Source: Clostridiales bacterium (GTDB lineage: Bacteria; Bacillota; Clostridia; Christensenellales; DTU072). Taken from it: a stretch of 64,000 nucleotides of DNA. Within the stretch, counting starts at the first letter, position 1. The number at the start of each line of letters is the position of its first letter. A model generated the notes under the pieces. That model made no database searches. It was not told the DNA's origin and saw only the letters and a list, made by a program, of their open reading frames with translations. Positions 44,882-54,293 of the stretch are shown here, in pieces. The DNA is taken from the NCBI GenBank assembly GCA_012838805.1, contig DUON01000015.1:872-64871 (forward strand). The letters run 5' to 3'. Made by a program: the position numbers and the translations under genes.

Positions 44882-47125
44882 TTATACAATCCTCGCCGCA
44901 ATACAGCTCATATCGTCTCGGCTTTTTTCTTTCGCCATTCTATCGGCGTTGTTGACAATAAGTTCGGCAAAAACTTGCGGGTTTTTTGTGTTGGAAGAAA
45001 GCAATATGTCCTTTATCATATCCGTTCCCAGACTGTCCGCCACCCCGTCCGACACCAATAATATGATATCGTCTTTTTTGAGTTTTCTCTGTTCGATTAT
45101 CGGCACTGCCTCGTCTATTATGCCAAGGGGCAGACTGCCACTTTCTATAATTTCCACATTTCCGTTAGATAATATGAAACTCTCTCTGCCGCCTTGCTTT
45201 ATAAAGTCCGCGATACCCTTTGAGATATCGAATACCACAATATCAAGTGCGTTGAAGTCCTCTTCCTCTCTCAGATTGAGAAGCCCCCCGACACAAGATA
45301 ATATTGTGTTATGGTCGAAACCCGCCTTATAAAAACTCTCAATCATCAAAATAGCGTTCATTGAAGTGTCATAAGCTTGTTTGCCCCTGCCCATGCCGTC
45401 CACAAGAATAAGCATGAGCTTGTCTTGTGAAAGCCTTATTGCCTTGGTATTGTCACCTGATTTGTCGCCATAAGCTTTGGTCTTTTCGCCGTATACTAAG
45501 TCAAAAGGCGGGGCGGGCGTAAAGTGCAAGGTGATATTGCCCTTAATACTGGTTTCCCTAAGGCTCTCAAGCATTTTCACACCCAAAAACTCGGAAAGGA
45601 TTATTCTTATCCTTTCAGGATGCGCCTCGGCTTCTTTTATTATCACAGTTATTCTATCAGGTCTTTGTTCTTTGCCGTACACCACGATATCGCTGGCTGC
45701 GATACCCATTCGGCTAAGCTCTTCAAAAATTTCCTTTTCCAAAACCGTGTCGTATTTTATTTGGGTATGCATATCTTGGCTTAATTGGTTGAGCAAAAGC
45801 CCCATCCCCCGCATCTGAGCGATAATCATCTCCCGCCCCTTTTCAACGGATTTCTCAATCTGCATCCTTTGGCGGCTCTTTTTTACTAAATCGTTTATAA
45901 ACGACAAGAGAGTATTTATCTTTTTACAATTATTGGTTATCACAGGCGGCACATCCAAAATAGTGACTTTATTGTTGTCCATAGCCGATTGCACAAGCGA
46001 AGATATCACAAAAGAGGGCTCCCCCATGGTCTCTTTGCATTTTTCATAATTGAAACAATTTTTACACAGCTTGTCCACAACCTCTCTTGTCAAAAGCTGT
46101 CCGCTATATCTTGAATTTTTGTCCCTCGTCTCGCAAGACAAGATATCCTCAATCTCATAAAAAACTCGGCTTAAGGTATTCAGCCTGTTCGAAAGGTTCT
46201 TTCTGTCCCGATTGATAAGCGTTCTCAACCCCAGCTCTCTATTTGTGCCCCCTTCAAGGGCTCTGATTGTCAAAAATACCTTTGGCGGAAAACAGCAAGC
46301 AACAAAACATCCGGCGGCAAAAGGCAAAAGTGCGACCCAGTCCCAGCCTTTTCCAAAAAAATAATTGAATATAAAAGCTCCCATAAGAGTTGCGACGGCG
46401 GATATGTAGATATTTTTTTCCTTAAACGCCACAATAATCATCGCAAGGCTTATTAGTACGGCGATATAATAAAAGGATATTTGAGCCACGCTTCCCCCCA
46501 GCCCCGCAAGCCCCGCCACGGACAAGGCAAGGGAAGGCTTGAGCTGCCTTAAGAAAAGCAAAACAAGCGTGGAGACCATAAGGTATACGCTGAAATCTAA
46601 AATTGTGACAAAACTAAGCCCCGCGAATATCGCCGTCAAGAGTATACCGCCCGACAGCTTTTCGTCATGGCGAAGCCTGGCGTCAAAACCTCTTGTCAGT
46701 GCGGGCTGAAGATATGTCTTACACGCATAGAGAAACATTTGTGCGGTTAAAATGCTTATTATGGTATTGACGATTTGATACACATCCGCAGTTTTGAAAA
46801 CGATAAGGGGAAGGCAGGCTATAAAAGTATAGACGCATATCATAACCTGTGTTATCTTTTTTTTGAGCTTATAATGTATAAAGTATGCAGTGATAACCAC
46901 TATGCATGGGAATAAGGCATAAATCAGATTAAAAAGCTCAAAATTCAGTGCCATGGAGCCTACGGCGTAAAATACACAAAGGATAATCGCGTTCTGCCTA
47001 CAATAGACCAAAGCCATAAAAAACCCTATCGCAAAAGCGTATATGCCCGTATTTTTTTCCAAAACAAACATCAATAAAAGAATCAGAAAAAAAGCCAGAT
47101 AGTTTATTATTTTCTTTTTTTGCAT
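44882..47125 (-). CDS. spoIIE: Stage II sporulation protein E (PP2C phosphatase with a 10-TM N-terminal domain)
   Basis: 747 aa with about 10 N-terminal TM segments and a central regulatory region. The C-terminal PP2C reads LILVDGMGRGKQAYDTS...ILLVSDGVADS...DDMSCIAARI. Confidence 0.88.
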   Translation of the reverse strand: MQKKKIINYLAFFLILLLMFVLEKNTGIYAFAIGFFMALVYCRQNAIILCVFYAVGSMALNFELFNLIYALFPCIVVITAYFIHYKLKKKITQVMICVYTFIACLPLIVFKTADVYQIVNTIISILTAQMFLYACKTYLQPALTRGFDARLRHDEKLSGGILLTAIFAGLSFVTILDFSVYLMVSTLVLLFLRQLKPSLALSVAGLAGLGGSVAQISFYYIAVLISLAMIIVAFKEKNIYISAVATLMGAFIFNYFFGKGWDWVALLPFAAGCFVACCFPPKVFLTIRALEGGTNRELGLRTLINRDRKNLSNRLNTLSRVFYEIEDILSCETRDKNSRYSGQLLTREVVDKLCKNCFNYEKCKETMGEPSFVISSLVQSAMDNNKVTILDVPPVITNNCKKINTLLSFINDLVKKSRQRMQIEKSVEKGREMIIAQMRGMGLLLNQLSQDMHTQIKYDTVLEKEIFEELSRMGIAASDIVVYGKEQRPDRITVIIKEAEAHPERIRIILSEFLGVKMLESLRETSIKGNITLHFTPAPPFDLVYGEKTKAYGDKSGDNTKAIRLSQDKLMLILVDGMGRGKQAYDTSMNAILMIESFYKAGFDHNTILSCVGGLLNLREEEDFNALDIVVFDISKGIADFIKQGGRESFILSNGNVEIIESGSLPLGIIDEAVPIIEQRKLKKDDIILLVSDGVADSLGTDMIKDILLSSNTKNPQVFAELIVNNADRMAKEKSRDDMSCIAARIV

Positions 47126-47133
47126 TTTACACC

Positions 47134-47168
47134 CAAAAAAAAGCCTTACAATAAAATAATTGTAGGCT
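47134..47168 (-). terminator. Terminator-like hairpin between lepB and spoIIE
   Basis: Minus strand: AGCCTACAAT-tatttt-ATTGTAAGGCT (one bulge) followed by TTTTTTTT, ending 8 nt before the spoIIE ATG. Confidence 0.5.
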
Positions 47169-47211
47169 GTAAAAAGATAAAAATAATGTCTTTTTTTTTC
47201 TAATTTGGTCT

Positions 47212-47751
47212 TTATGCCTCTAATAAGGCAAAAAATGTAATATCCAGTCCCTTGTATCGCATAATTACTTTGCCTTGAATGGTGGAGATGTCTTCCATTT
47301 CTTGATAATTATGGCTGTCTGAAGATGCGTTTCTATTATCTCCCAAAAAGAACATCTTGCCTGTGGGCACCTGCACTTCCATTTCCCTATATGAGGGCGG
47401 ATACATGGGTTCGTTTATATATTTTTCCTTAAGTCTTTCTCCGTTGCGCCACACCTCAAAGGCGTGAATTTCCTCATTGAATTTTATTTGTATAAGGTCG
47501 CCCTCAAGACCGATAACCCTTTTCACCAGAGGTTTTTGATAATACTCACTATCAAAAACCACAATATCCCCATGCTTGATATTTTTAGTTCTGTACACCA
47601 AAACCCTGTCCTCGTCGTATATGGTGGGCACCATGGACTTGCCCTCGACCGGATACACGACAAGCACATAACGGCTTACATAGAAAGACGCTCCCATGCA
47701 TAAAAGAAAGAATATCGCAAGTGTCAATATACCTTTTATTCTATTAGCCAT
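47212..47751 (-). CDS. lepB: Signal peptidase I
   Basis: N-terminal TM segment, VEGKSMVPTI (catalytic Ser), VKRVIGLEGD (Lys box) and GDNRNASSDSH. Confidence 0.9.
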   Translation of the reverse strand: MANRIKGILTLAIFFLLCMGASFYVSRYVLVVYPVEGKSMVPTIYDEDRVLVYRTKNIKHGDIVVFDSEYYQKPLVKRVIGLEGDLIQIKFNEEIHAFEVWRNGERLKEKYINEPMYPPSYREMEVQVPTGKMFFLGDNRNASSDSHNYQEMEDISTIQGKVIMRYKGLDITFFALLEA

Positions 47752-47763
47752 TTCTCTCCCTAT

Positions 47764-49419
47764 TTATATAAATATTATTTTTCCTATTATTACATTTTTA
47801 TTGACTATTTTTATAGCCTTTATTTTATCCCAATCTTCAAGGGGCATCATGATTGAGTTCTTGAAATCGTTTGGCAAGAATTTATGGCTTACAAAAGCGC
47901 CGTCGCCCGTTTGCATAGGACTTGTTACCGCAAAAATCTCCACTTTGTCGTCTTCTTTTGCCACAAGCTTTATTTCAAGGTCTATATCCTCATAGCTATA
48001 CGCATCAATTTGCAAAATTCTGCCCTTATTGAACGGTGCCTTGGCTCCAATCTGATAATTTATGAGTTCGCCATAATTACTCATCACACCCTTGAGCCCA
48101 AGCGGCGTAGAGGCAACCATAAGACCGCTTTTTAAGAGTATTGCCTTATCCGCTTCTTCAGCGAAAGAGCCTGTCCCCATTGCACCCTCATAAACAATTC
48201 GGGAGTCCAAATCCACTGTCTTTTTTATTTCAAATTCGGCAAGTTCCTGATAGTCTTCAAGGGAACAAAGGGCAATACCGTCATGGTATTCCACTTTACA
48301 AAAGGCAAATATCGGACCTTCTGTTACCCCCACATCAAGCTTTGCCAAGAATTGGTCGGGGCTTATTGCGTCACATACCTTTTTATGCCAATTCCGTACA
48401 AGATGGTCATATTCCCCATACGAATAATACACTGCAACTTCTTTTATGTCCTTGGACTTATCCGCCTTGACATCGGCGTATATAAGACCATCGCTTGCTC
48501 TTATTTGTGTCTTGGGATTCTTTAAGCTCTTTCTTTTGGAAAAAATATCCTCTATCCAATTCAGCGTCGTCATATAAGCTTGATGACTTATGCTGTCCGC
48601 ACTCCTTGGCGTGATGACGATATTCGCCTGATTCTCTTTTAATAACATCATAAGGTTTGAAAGTCGGTCTATATCCGCCTCTCTACCGTTTGAGCTTATG
48701 GCAATCATAATAGGCACTTGAATATGCTTGGCGTAAGCTACGGCGGCAACACCGGTCAACCAGCACATAAGCTTATGGTCGATTTCCAGTTCGTTTTTTT
48801 CGCCGTATTTGTTCAGACCTATATATTCTCTGTATCCCGCACCGTTTATACAAACAAGACCTTTTAGTCTTATATCGCTGCCCGCCACCTGCATGGCTAC
48901 TTCGGTGGCGTCTCCTATGCCCATGACAATGATATCATCAATGCCCAGCTCTTTTTTAATGAAAGTAATCGTCCTTTTGACAACCATTGAATAAAGGTAC
49001 TGGCATGTCTCTTTCGCCGTGGGGCACACTTGGCTTATATGCTCTTCGGCTTCGGCGATATTGCCATATTTCAAACTGGGCGGAAAAGTAGTCTTATATG
49101 AGATATCGTTTCCCGTACAATCGGGCACAACGACCTTATACCCCATGTCCGCAAGGTCTTTAACCACCTTTTTTTGAACTTTTTTTCTATACTCCTGCAC
49201 TATCAGGACGGCTTTTTTTCGTCTTAATTTAATATTTTGAGTTACTCTTACGCCGACTCTGACCTTTCCGTCCTCGACGGTACACGCGGTAATGGTATAT
49301 GACCTATGCAGATAAAGATTCTCTTTATATTCGTCGTTAATCAGCGTCTCTAAAGACTCTTTTTCCGCGTCATAGTCCTGCCAGACCTGCGCAGGCGTCA
49401 TAATCTTATACTTGTTCAC
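47764..49419 (-). CDS. Hypothetical protein; the N-terminal half resembles an AXE1/dienelactone-type alpha/beta hydrolase but lacks a visible nucleophile
   Basis: 551 aa. GTG start preceded by AAGGGTG. The pattern KAVLIVQEY...DDIIVMGIGDATEVAMQVAG...GLVCINGAG resembles strand-elbow-helix elements of esterases, but Gly sits where Ser is expected. Confidence 0.6.
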   Translation of the reverse strand: MNKYKIMTPAQVWQDYDAEKESLETLINDEYKENLYLHRSYTITACTVEDGKVRVGVRVTQNIKLRRKKAVLIVQEYRKKVQKKVVKDLADMGYKVVVPDCTGNDISYKTTFPPSLKYGNIAEAEEHISQVCPTAKETCQYLYSMVVKRTITFIKKELGIDDIIVMGIGDATEVAMQVAGSDIRLKGLVCINGAGYREYIGLNKYGEKNELEIDHKLMCWLTGVAAVAYAKHIQVPIMIAISSNGREADIDRLSNLMMLLKENQANIVITPRSADSISHQAYMTTLNWIEDIFSKRKSLKNPKTQIRASDGLIYADVKADKSKDIKEVAVYYSYGEYDHLVRNWHKKVCDAISPDQFLAKLDVGVTEGPIFAFCKVEYHDGIALCSLEDYQELAEFEIKKTVDLDSRIVYEGAMGTGSFAEEADKAILLKSGLMVASTPLGLKGVMSNYGELINYQIGAKAPFNKGRILQIDAYSYEDIDLEIKLVAKEDDKVEIFAVTSPMQTGDGAFVSHKFLPNDFKNSIMMPLEDWDKIKAIKIVNKNVIIGKIIFI

Positions 49420-52090
49420 TTTTTTTCACCCTTTTCTTGTTAACAGCTATTTGAATTGCTTTTTGAGCTTCCACAAGCGGTATTATCATTATAGCAAATC
49501 CTACGCTTATTGCAATCTGCAAGGGTGTGAGCATTATTGCGCTGAAAGCCGTTTGCATAAACGGCAGTATCAAAACCATGAATAAAAGCGCTGTTCCCAC
49601 AATAAACGCCAAGTTAAGATGCTTGTTTGAGAAGGGGTTTTTGCTAAAGACGCTCTTTTCTTGCGAACGGCAATTATAAGAATGGAACAGCTCTATCATG
49701 CAAAGCGATACAAAAGCCATGGTTGACGGATACCTCATATCGATATCGCCAAATATCGTGTACCCTATAAAATATACGCTCAACACAAGCAAAGTCTGCA
49801 TCGCACCTTGAATAATGATATTCCTTCCCGTAATTCCCGAAAATAGGCTTGCACCTTGTTTTCGGGGCGGATAGTCCATAATATCTGGCTCGGCTTTTTC
49901 CATACCAAGAGCCAGTGCAGGCAAAGAGTCTGTGACAAGGTTCACCCACAATATCATAACCGGCGTCATAAACACCGTACCCGCAGGCATAATCATTGTG
50001 ACAATAAACAGGCAAAGCACCTCGGCTATATTCGTGGACAAAAGTATTTGAATGGCTTTTTTGATATTGGCATATACCTTTCTGCCCTCTTCCACGGCGT
50101 TTATTATGGTGGCGAAATTGTCGTCCGAAAGCACCATGTCCGCCGCGCCCTTGCTGACATCCGTTCCTGTTAAGCCCATACCTATGCCGATATCCGCCTT
50201 TTTTATGGACGGGGCATCGTTGACACCGTCTCCCGTCATGGCGACGATATATCCCTTTGTCTTGAAGGCATTGACTATTCTAACTTTATTCTCCGGACTT
50301 ACCCTTGCATAGACCTTGTATTTTTCTAAATTCTTTAAGAACTCGTCCTCTTCGATATTATCCAAATCTTGACCAGTGATTACAAGCTCGTCGTCGTTTG
50401 TTAAAATTCCCGTCTCCTTGGCGATAGCCCTTGCGGTGTCTATATGGTCTCCAGTAATCATAATAGGAGTCATACCCGCTTTTTTACATACTCGTACCGC
50501 CTCTTTGACTTCAGGTCTGGGAGGATCTATCATGCCCACAAGCCCCACAAAAATCAAATCTGTTTCCGCTTCTTCTTTGTCCAAATTCTCTTTTTTGATT
50601 GCAACCGCAAGCACTCTCAAAGCTTTATTCGCCATTTGGTAATTAATAAGCCTTATGTTATCCATGTCGTTTTTAGTGATGTTTCTTATCTCATCATTGA
50701 CTTGGATATACTTGCAGTTTCTAATCAAAACATCAGGTGCGCCTTTGATAAAAGCCACCTTGCCGTCTTTTGTCTGATTAATGGTGGTCATAAGCTTTCG
50801 TGCGCTGTCGAATGGGATTTCGTCCACTCTCAAGTTCTCGACTTTCATTCTTGTGACATTGACTCCCATGTCTCGGGCATAAGCCACAAGCGCTGTCTCT
50901 GTGGGGTCGCCCAAAAGCCTATTGTCGGATATCTCGGTATCGTTACACAACACCATTCCCATAATAAGATTTTCCACCGCCTTGTCATCGGGCTTTTCTC
51001 CAGCGCGAAAACTTTTTGCGTCCATAGTAAAAAGCTCTTTTACGGTCATCTGATTAAGAGTCAGTGTGCCTGTCTTATCCGAACAAATAATTTGACAGCA
51101 TCCCAGCGTTTCCACAGCGGGCAAGTTTCTTATGATAGCTTTTCTTTGGCTCATTCGTTGAACGCCTATGGCAAGGACTATGGTCACCACCGCGGGCAGT
51201 CCCTCGGGTATTGCCGCAACTGCTATTGCGACCGCCGTCATAAACGAATGCATAACTATATCCATGGTTATTATCGGAGTTCTTAACAGCACCACCGCAA
51301 ATATTATCGCCGCCGCCGCCAAGACCACCACGCTCAATATCTTTGCCGTCTTGGCAAGCTGGGCTTGAAGCGGAGTCTTTTGCTCTTCCGTTTGGCTCAG
51401 CATTTTGGCGATTTTTCCCACTTCGGTATCCATTCCAGTAGCTACCACAACGCCCTTTCCCCTGCCGTACGCCACAGCACCAGATGAAAATGCCATGTTG
51501 TTTCTGTCGCCCAAAGGTACATTCTCTTGTTCCAGTGCTTCAGAATGCTTTTCGCTGGGTACGGATTCCCCAGTAAGCGCCGCTTCCTCTATCTTTAATG
51601 AACTGGTTGAAATAAGCCTCATGTCTGCGGGCACGCTGTCCCCCGCCTCTAAAAGAACAATGTCTCCCACTACCAGATCTTCGCTGTTGATCTTCTTGAC
51701 TTCGTTGTCTCTCAGAATCTTGGCAAGGGGCTTGTTAATTTTTTTCAACGCTTCCAAAGCCGCTTCGGCTTTGCTCTCTTGCGCCAGTCCAATAAATGCG
51801 TTTATCAATACTATCGCCAGTATAATAAAGCTTTCCACAAGCTCAGAAGGCTGTCCTTCAATAATTGAAATGGTGGCGCTAACCGCTGCTGCCACCAAAA
51901 GGACAATTATCATGACATCCTTCATCTGATCCAAAAACCTCATGAGGAAATTTCTTCTTTTGTTTTCCCTTAAACTGTTTTTTCCATTAGCTTCCAGTCT
52001 TTTTTGGGCAGATTGGGAGCTAAGCCCGTTTTCCGAAGTATTACATTCTCTTAGAACCTCTTCACGGGACATGTTGTAAAAATTCTTCAT
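49406..52090 (-). CDS. P-type Ca2+-transporting ATPase (P2A/YloB-like)
   Basis: 894 aa. Motifs: TGES, ICSDKTGTLT, MITGDH, MTGDGVNDAPSIKKADIGI and PEGLP in TM4. Confidence 0.92.
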   Translation of the reverse strand: MKNFYNMSREEVLRECNTSENGLSSQSAQKRLEANGKNSLRENKRRNFLMRFLDQMKDVMIIVLLVAAAVSATISIIEGQPSELVESFIILAIVLINAFIGLAQESKAEAALEALKKINKPLAKILRDNEVKKINSEDLVVGDIVLLEAGDSVPADMRLISTSSLKIEEAALTGESVPSEKHSEALEQENVPLGDRNNMAFSSGAVAYGRGKGVVVATGMDTEVGKIAKMLSQTEEQKTPLQAQLAKTAKILSVVVLAAAAIIFAVVLLRTPIITMDIVMHSFMTAVAIAVAAIPEGLPAVVTIVLAIGVQRMSQRKAIIRNLPAVETLGCCQIICSDKTGTLTLNQMTVKELFTMDAKSFRAGEKPDDKAVENLIMGMVLCNDTEISDNRLLGDPTETALVAYARDMGVNVTRMKVENLRVDEIPFDSARKLMTTINQTKDGKVAFIKGAPDVLIRNCKYIQVNDEIRNITKNDMDNIRLINYQMANKALRVLAVAIKKENLDKEEAETDLIFVGLVGMIDPPRPEVKEAVRVCKKAGMTPIMITGDHIDTARAIAKETGILTNDDELVITGQDLDNIEEDEFLKNLEKYKVYARVSPENKVRIVNAFKTKGYIVAMTGDGVNDAPSIKKADIGIGMGLTGTDVSKGAADMVLSDDNFATIINAVEEGRKVYANIKKAIQILLSTNIAEVLCLFIVTMIMPAGTVFMTPVMILWVNLVTDSLPALALGMEKAEPDIMDYPPRKQGASLFSGITGRNIIIQGAMQTLLVLSVYFIGYTIFGDIDMRYPSTMAFVSLCMIELFHSYNCRSQEKSVFSKNPFSNKHLNLAFIVGTALLFMVLILPFMQTAFSAIMLTPLQIAISVGFAIMIIPLVEAQKAIQIAVNKKRVKKSEQV

Positions 52091-52099
52091 TGTCTAACC

Positions 52100-53542
52100 T
52101 CAGTTTTTATATTTATTTTTTAGCTTTTTATTAGTCAATTTTCTTGCCTTTAGGTTGCCTTTGCCCACTTTTCCTAAAGCGTTTAAGAAGAATTTTGCCA
52201 CATCCAACTTGCCTTTTATTATATTAGGATTATAATCTTTGCAATAATTAATAGCGTGTTTGTCAAATATTTTGCCGAACATGCTTAATCTTTGCAAAAA
52301 TCCCGTATAGTCGGCGTTTTGGGTCCACGCCCTTTCCGCCACCGCCAAAAGCCTTGGATAGGTCATATATTCAAGTCTGTCCACATCCAGTACATGTTCT
52401 GTCCATAAGGGAGCTTCCAGACCTATCACATTTTCTTCTATATCGCTGTCTATCTGATAATTATATGTTTTTTTCAATGGCGTCATACCATGTGGATAGT
52501 CTAAATAATAACTGAAGAACGGACTAATAATAATGCCTCTATTTTTCTTTGCCTCTTTCCTGACTACCTCATTGCATTCCTTGGTCTGCCTCCAATAGTG
52601 AACGGTGATATCCCCTTCAATGTTGTCGCCAAGCATACCGTCATTCCAATTTATTACCTTTTTGCCTTTTTGGTTAAGGTATTTTACCATTTTGGTCATA
52701 AAATATCCCTGAAGCTCTTCCTCGTTCTTTAAGCCGTTGTCTTTTATCGCCTTTTGACAGTGCGGACAGTCTATCCAATACAGCTTAAGCGCTTCATCGC
52801 CGCCAAGGTGTATGTACTCATAGGGAAAGAGCTGCGCTATCTCGTCCAAGACATCATAACAAAATTCATAAGTCTTGTCCTTTCCCGCACAGGCTATATT
52901 GGGGAAAATACCGTACCCTTCGGCTACCTTTATCTTTTCTTCTGTGCATGACAAGAAAGGATAAGAAGCTATCGCGGCGGAGAAGTGTCCGGGCATGTCT
53001 ATTTCAGGTATTACTTCAATATGCCTTTCCTTACAGTATTCAACTATCTCTTTAATTTGCTCTTTTGTGTAAAATCCCTTGACCGGCGTCTTATCCCCCG
53101 CCGTCTGTTCTCTTTGAGAGCCTATCTCGGTGAGCAAGGGGTACTTGTCTATCTGCACCCTCCAGCCTTGGTCGTTCGTCAAATGCCAATGAAACATGTT
53201 TATCTTAAATAGGGCAAGCATATCTATTTGTTTCTTAATCTCTTCAATAGTGAAGAAATGTCTTGAACAGTCCAGCATATAGCCCCTGTGCGAATACTTG
53301 GGCTTGTCCTCTATCTCCAGATATGGAACAGGCAAGTTTTCTTTAAGCTGTTCAAGGGTCTTTTGAGCATAAAAAAGCCCCGCCTCGTGCTCGGCTTCTA
53401 TGACGACTTTGTCCTTAATAAAAAGTCGGTAGCCTTCCTTGCCCAGCCCCGTCTTTTTTATCTTTTTCTCTATGTTGTCTAAATTCTCAGCTTGTCCTTC
53501 AAGTATTTTTATCTTTTGCGGATATGGAATAAGTTTCAGCAT
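52100..53542 (-). CDS. Beta-N-acetylhexosaminidase (GH20)
   Basis: HRGYMLDCSRHFF, NMFHWHLTNDQGWR and YIHLGGDEA catalytic blocks. No signal peptide. Confidence 0.88.
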   Translation of the reverse strand: MLKLIPYPQKIKILEGQAENLDNIEKKIKKTGLGKEGYRLFIKDKVVIEAEHEAGLFYAQKTLEQLKENLPVPYLEIEDKPKYSHRGYMLDCSRHFFTIEEIKKQIDMLALFKINMFHWHLTNDQGWRVQIDKYPLLTEIGSQREQTAGDKTPVKGFYTKEQIKEIVEYCKERHIEVIPEIDMPGHFSAAIASYPFLSCTEEKIKVAEGYGIFPNIACAGKDKTYEFCYDVLDEIAQLFPYEYIHLGGDEALKLYWIDCPHCQKAIKDNGLKNEEELQGYFMTKMVKYLNQKGKKVINWNDGMLGDNIEGDITVHYWRQTKECNEVVRKEAKKNRGIIISPFFSYYLDYPHGMTPLKKTYNYQIDSDIEENVIGLEAPLWTEHVLDVDRLEYMTYPRLLAVAERAWTQNADYTGFLQRLSMFGKIFDKHAINYCKDYNPNIIKGKLDVAKFFLNALGKVGKGNLKARKLTNKKLKNKYKN

Positions 53543-53555
53543 TTTTTGTTCCTCC

Positions 53556-54293
53556 TTATTTTAATTTGGCGTCGGGTAGATAGATATCCCTATCCCCATC
53601 GCTTAAAATTATATTTTTAATTTCTATATTTGAGCTTCCCGTTCCTATCCTATCAAAAACCATAACAAAAAGGTCTATATCATGGTTCAAGGACATTCCC
53701 AAAGGCTTTGAATAATACAAAATACTAAAGCTTCCCTGACGAATAGACCTTAAGGATATCTCCCAATTTTCGATGCTTATGCGAATATCTTGACGGATTA
53801 AATTAGTGGTGTTATAGCTTATGTCCATCATCATTCCCTTGATGCCGGACAAATCCTCAATTTTCAGACTGGCTATGATGTCAAGCTTGTCTCCGTTTTC
53901 CTTTTCACGCAGTTGAATTCGAGCATTGGTTTCGATGTCAACGGCGTTTGTTACGATATAATTCCAAGGCGTGGTATAAAAGCCCATATATTTCGCTCTC
54001 ATTGATCTGGTCTCAGTGGGGCCCGTTGTGGTGGAGGTGTCAAACCCCTCCAGCATTGAGGGCAACACCCTTTCCACAATATCGCCTTTATTTTTTTTAA
54101 GCACAATTACAATATAAATGTTATTAAAGTCCAATTTTTCGTCCACAGCGTATACGGTCTTTAGGGAACCCTCTCTGAACTCAATATAATCTATATCATT
54201 TGGATTAATACCGCCTTTAGCGCACCCAAAAAACAAAAAAGCGGACATAGCCAGCAGTATGACAATCATCAATATATAACAGTGCTTCTTCAT
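53556..54293 (-). CDS. Lipoprotein with an Ig-like N-terminal module and a cohesin-like C-terminal module
   Basis: Lipobox LFFGC at residues 20-24. Residues ~30-115 resemble the Ig-like modules of the upstream giant protein. Residues ~120-245 form a beta-rich module (IIASLKIEDLSGIKGMMMDISYNTTNL ... DIDLFVMVFDRIGTGSSNIEIKNIILSDG) whose pattern recalls type I cohesins. Its ATG overlaps the upstream TGA (ATGA). Confidence 0.7.
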   Translation of the reverse strand: MKKHCYILMIVILLAMSAFLFFGCAKGGINPNDIDYIEFREGSLKTVYAVDEKLDFNNIYIVIVLKKNKGDIVERVLPSMLEGFDTSTTTGPTETRSMRAKYMGFYTTPWNYIVTNAVDIETNARIQLREKENGDKLDIIASLKIEDLSGIKGMMMDISYNTTNLIRQDIRISIENWEISLRSIRQGSFSILYYSKPLGMSLNHDIDLFVMVFDRIGTGSSNIEIKNIILSDGDRDIYLPDAKLK

